Source of the DNA: Sulfurimonadaceae bacterium
Lineage (GTDB): Bacteria; Campylobacterota; Campylobacteria; Campylobacterales; Sulfurimonadaceae
DNA length: 53,350 bases
Direction of reading: 5' to 3'
NCBI GenBank assembly: GCA_041571435.1
Contig: JBFFUI010000011.1
Span: 1 to 53,350 of the forward strand
Below the pieces are notes generated by a model. The model was not told where the DNA came from, made no database searches, and saw only the letters and a program-made list of their open reading frames with translations. The first letter of the stretch is position 1; the number at the start of each line of letters is the position of its first letter. This document shows, in pieces, positions 51,329 to 53,350 of the stretch. Position numbers and translations under genes: made by a program.

Positions 51329-52429
51329 TTAAACGTTGAAACGGAAGTGCATTACATCCCCGTCTTGGACGATGTACTCTTTGCCCTCTAAACGCATTTT
51401 ACCGGCCTCTTTGGCACCGGCTTCACCACCGTTGGCGATGAAATCTTCGTAACCGATCACCTCCGCACGAATAAACCCTTTTTCAAAGTCGTTGTGGATG
51501 ACAGCAGCGGCTTTGGGCGCCGTTGATCCTTTACGTACCGTCCATGCGCGTACCTCTTTGACGCCCGCTGTGAAGTAGCTCATCAGACCAAGTTTGTCAA
51601 AGCCTTTATGGATGATCTGTGCAAGCCCCGACTCTTCGACACCCATCTCTTCCAAGAAAGCGTTTGCCTCGTCATCATCCATACCGACAAGTTCTTCTTC
51701 GAATTTGGCGCAGAGTTTGACAACTTCGCAGTTGTTGGCACTTGCATGCTCTTTGACGCGTTGTACGAATTCATTGTCTTCAGTTAGACCATCCTCGTCA
51801 ACGTTGGCACCGTACATAATCTCTTTTGCCGTCAAAAGACGAAGGTCCTGGTTAAGCTGTCTAAACTCATCACTGTCGACTTCAGAGAAGTTACGGGCTA
51901 GGTTTCCATCCGCCAGAAACTCAGCTAATGTTCCAGCAAAGTCCATCAATGCCTGAGCTTTCTTATCGGCTTTTGCCTGCTTTTTAAGGCGTTCCATACG
52001 GTTGTTCAACGCTTCGACATCAGCCAGGATAAGTTCTGTCTCAATGATCTCGATGTCACGGATAGGATCGATTGAACCTTCAGTGTGGACGATGTTTTCA
52101 TCTTCGAAACAGCGGACGATCTGCAAGATAACTTCTGTTTCACGGATGTTGGACAAAAACTTGTTACCAAGTCCTTCTCCCTTGCTTGCACCTTTGACCA
52201 GACCTGCAATATCGACAAAATCCAGTGTTGAGTGCTGGATTCGTTCTGGGTTAACGATTTTCGCTAATTCGTCCAGGCGTTTGTCCGGTACAGGGACGAC
52301 CGCTTTATTTGGTTCAATAGTACAGAACGGGTAGTTGGCCGCCTCGGCGTTTTGTGCTTTTGTAAGTGCATTAAAAGTAGTTGATTTTCCGACATTTGGC
52401 AGTCCGACGAGACCGATAGCTAAACCCAT
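51329..52429 (-). CDS. ychF: Redox-regulated ATPase YchF
   Basis: [46 protein letters not shown] before 52429. Confidence 0.98.
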   Translation of the reverse strand: MGLAIGLVGLPNVGKSTTFNALTKAQNAEAANYPFCTIEPNKAVVPVPDKRLDELAKIVNPERIQHSTLDFVDIAGLVKGASKGEGLGNKFLSNIRETEVILQIVRCFEDENIVHTEGSIDPIRDIEIIETELILADVEALNNRMERLKKQAKADKKAQALMDFAGTLAEFLADGNLARNFSEVDSDEFRQLNQDLRLLTAKEIMYGANVDEDGLTEDNEFVQRVKEHASANNCEVVKLCAKFEEELVGMDDDEANAFLEEMGVEESGLAQIIHKGFDKLGLMSYFTAGVKEVRAWTVRKGSTAPKAAAVIHNDFEKGFIRAEVIGYEDFIANGGEAGAKEAGKMRLEGKEYIVQDGDVMHFRFNV

Positions 52430-52531
52430 AAATACGTCCTTGGTAATTGGTAATTGTTTTCGTTGTGCAATTATACTTAATCTTGCTTCAAAAAGCAGTT
52501 CGTTCACAGCTTCCTTAAGGCTCAACGGTGG

Positions 52532-53338
52532 ATGAAGTTACTTGTTTATATTGAAAAAACGATCGTTATAATGAGTCGTAAAAAAGACGATATAAGAGAA
52601 ACAATGCTAGAAATTATCAAAGAAGTGACGCAGTTGTCTAAAATGGTATGCAGCAGCGAGGGCACCACTGTTGAAGAGGCCCTTGCCGAACACTGCAGGG
52701 AGAGCCGTTTTGAATGGATTACCGACCTGCCTATTTCGGTGGTCCATAAAAGAGAGAAACTCAAAGATACTTCGACCGCTGCGTTTCTTAATGCCAATAA
52801 CTTCTTTGATAACTCCGGTTGTGCGGCAAACCGATATACCTTGTCATACCTGAAGCATCTGTACGGCGAACAGAAAAGCGTTTTTCAGACCATTGATCTG
52901 GCAGTGTTGACAAAGGGGTCCGATATGGATGCGCTGATGTTTGAGAGTAAACGTCCCAACGACTACTGGAAGCGCCTGCAGAATGTCGAGCCGATAGAGG
53001 CGATGATCGGCTTGCAGTATGTGGACAGTGCCAGCTGCAGTGAAGAGATGATAGAACGTGCATTGGTTGAGTGCAGTAACGGCCAATGGCAGATCGAGTC
53101 ACAGCTTCGCGATGCCATACGCAGTAAAAAAGAGAATAGCGGGCTGCGAGAGAAACCTTTTATCTGGGTGGTGCTTAAAGAGCATGACGACAGCGGCGCT
53201 GTTGATCACATTGCAAAGATGCTTCAACACTATTTCGGAAATAACGTGATACACGAAACAGGGGCTAAAGCATTTTACATCGGGTATATGCCGACATTAA
53301 ATGCGATCTCACTCAGAGAATTTTACAAAAAGGGGTAG
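52532..53338 (+). CDS. Hypothetical protein (start may be 52571)
   Basis: 268-aa ORF with coding-like composition; no family recognised. Confidence 0.75.
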   Translation: MKLLVYIEKTIVIMSRKKDDIRETMLEIIKEVTQLSKMVCSSEGTTVEEALAEHCRESRFEWITDLPISVVHKREKLKDTSTAAFLNANNFFDNSGCAANRYTLSYLKHLYGEQKSVFQTIDLAVLTKGSDMDALMFESKRPNDYWKRLQNVEPIEAMIGLQYVDSASCSEEMIERALVECSNGQWQIESQLRDAIRSKKENSGLREKPFIWVVLKEHDDSGAVDHIAKMLQHYFGNNVIHETGAKAFYIGYMPTLNAISLREFYKKG

Positions 53339-53350
53339 CCGCTTAAAAAA

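Overview
This window looks like Campylobacterota chromosome, most similar to a Sulfurimonas/Sulfurovum-type sulfur oxidiser. That placement is inferred from gene content: bioV, short hisG, class II DAHP synthase, COG3400, DUF1882, and TGnTAnnnT promoters. From about 12.9 to 43.3 kb it is largely a housekeeping backbone (htrA, pdxAJ, tgt, aroB, mscS, mtaB, ftsH-like, bioV, mog, xth, aroE, trpE, glyA, lysS, fur, cvpA, DAHP synthase, pilT, gatC, xerD, coaX, hisG). The flanks are accessory. The most notable observations are: (1) a Tat-lipoprotein FccB/SoxF-type sulfide dehydrogenase followed by an AioB-like Tat Rieske protein and a class II monoheme cytochrome c, with no diheme FccA in the window; (2) an unannotated 44-aa secreted peptide (mature HHMAAYEDAGIYIPEDSPHLDMVF) with its own RBS, promoter and terminator; (3) a TTACA-N6-TAAC direct-repeat box upstream of that peptide, which recurs at the same spacing from the -10 upstream of htrA and again at the left window edge; (4) a PepSY-TM-like gene broken by one in-frame TGA; (5) a recurring ~22-28 bp palindrome at AT-rich segments; (6) a ElaB-like/YqjE-like/EF-hand lipoprotein operon; (7) two structured intergenic RNA candidates. 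No rRNA, tRNA, CRISPR array or transposase was recognised. All calls were made by eye, with no database search.
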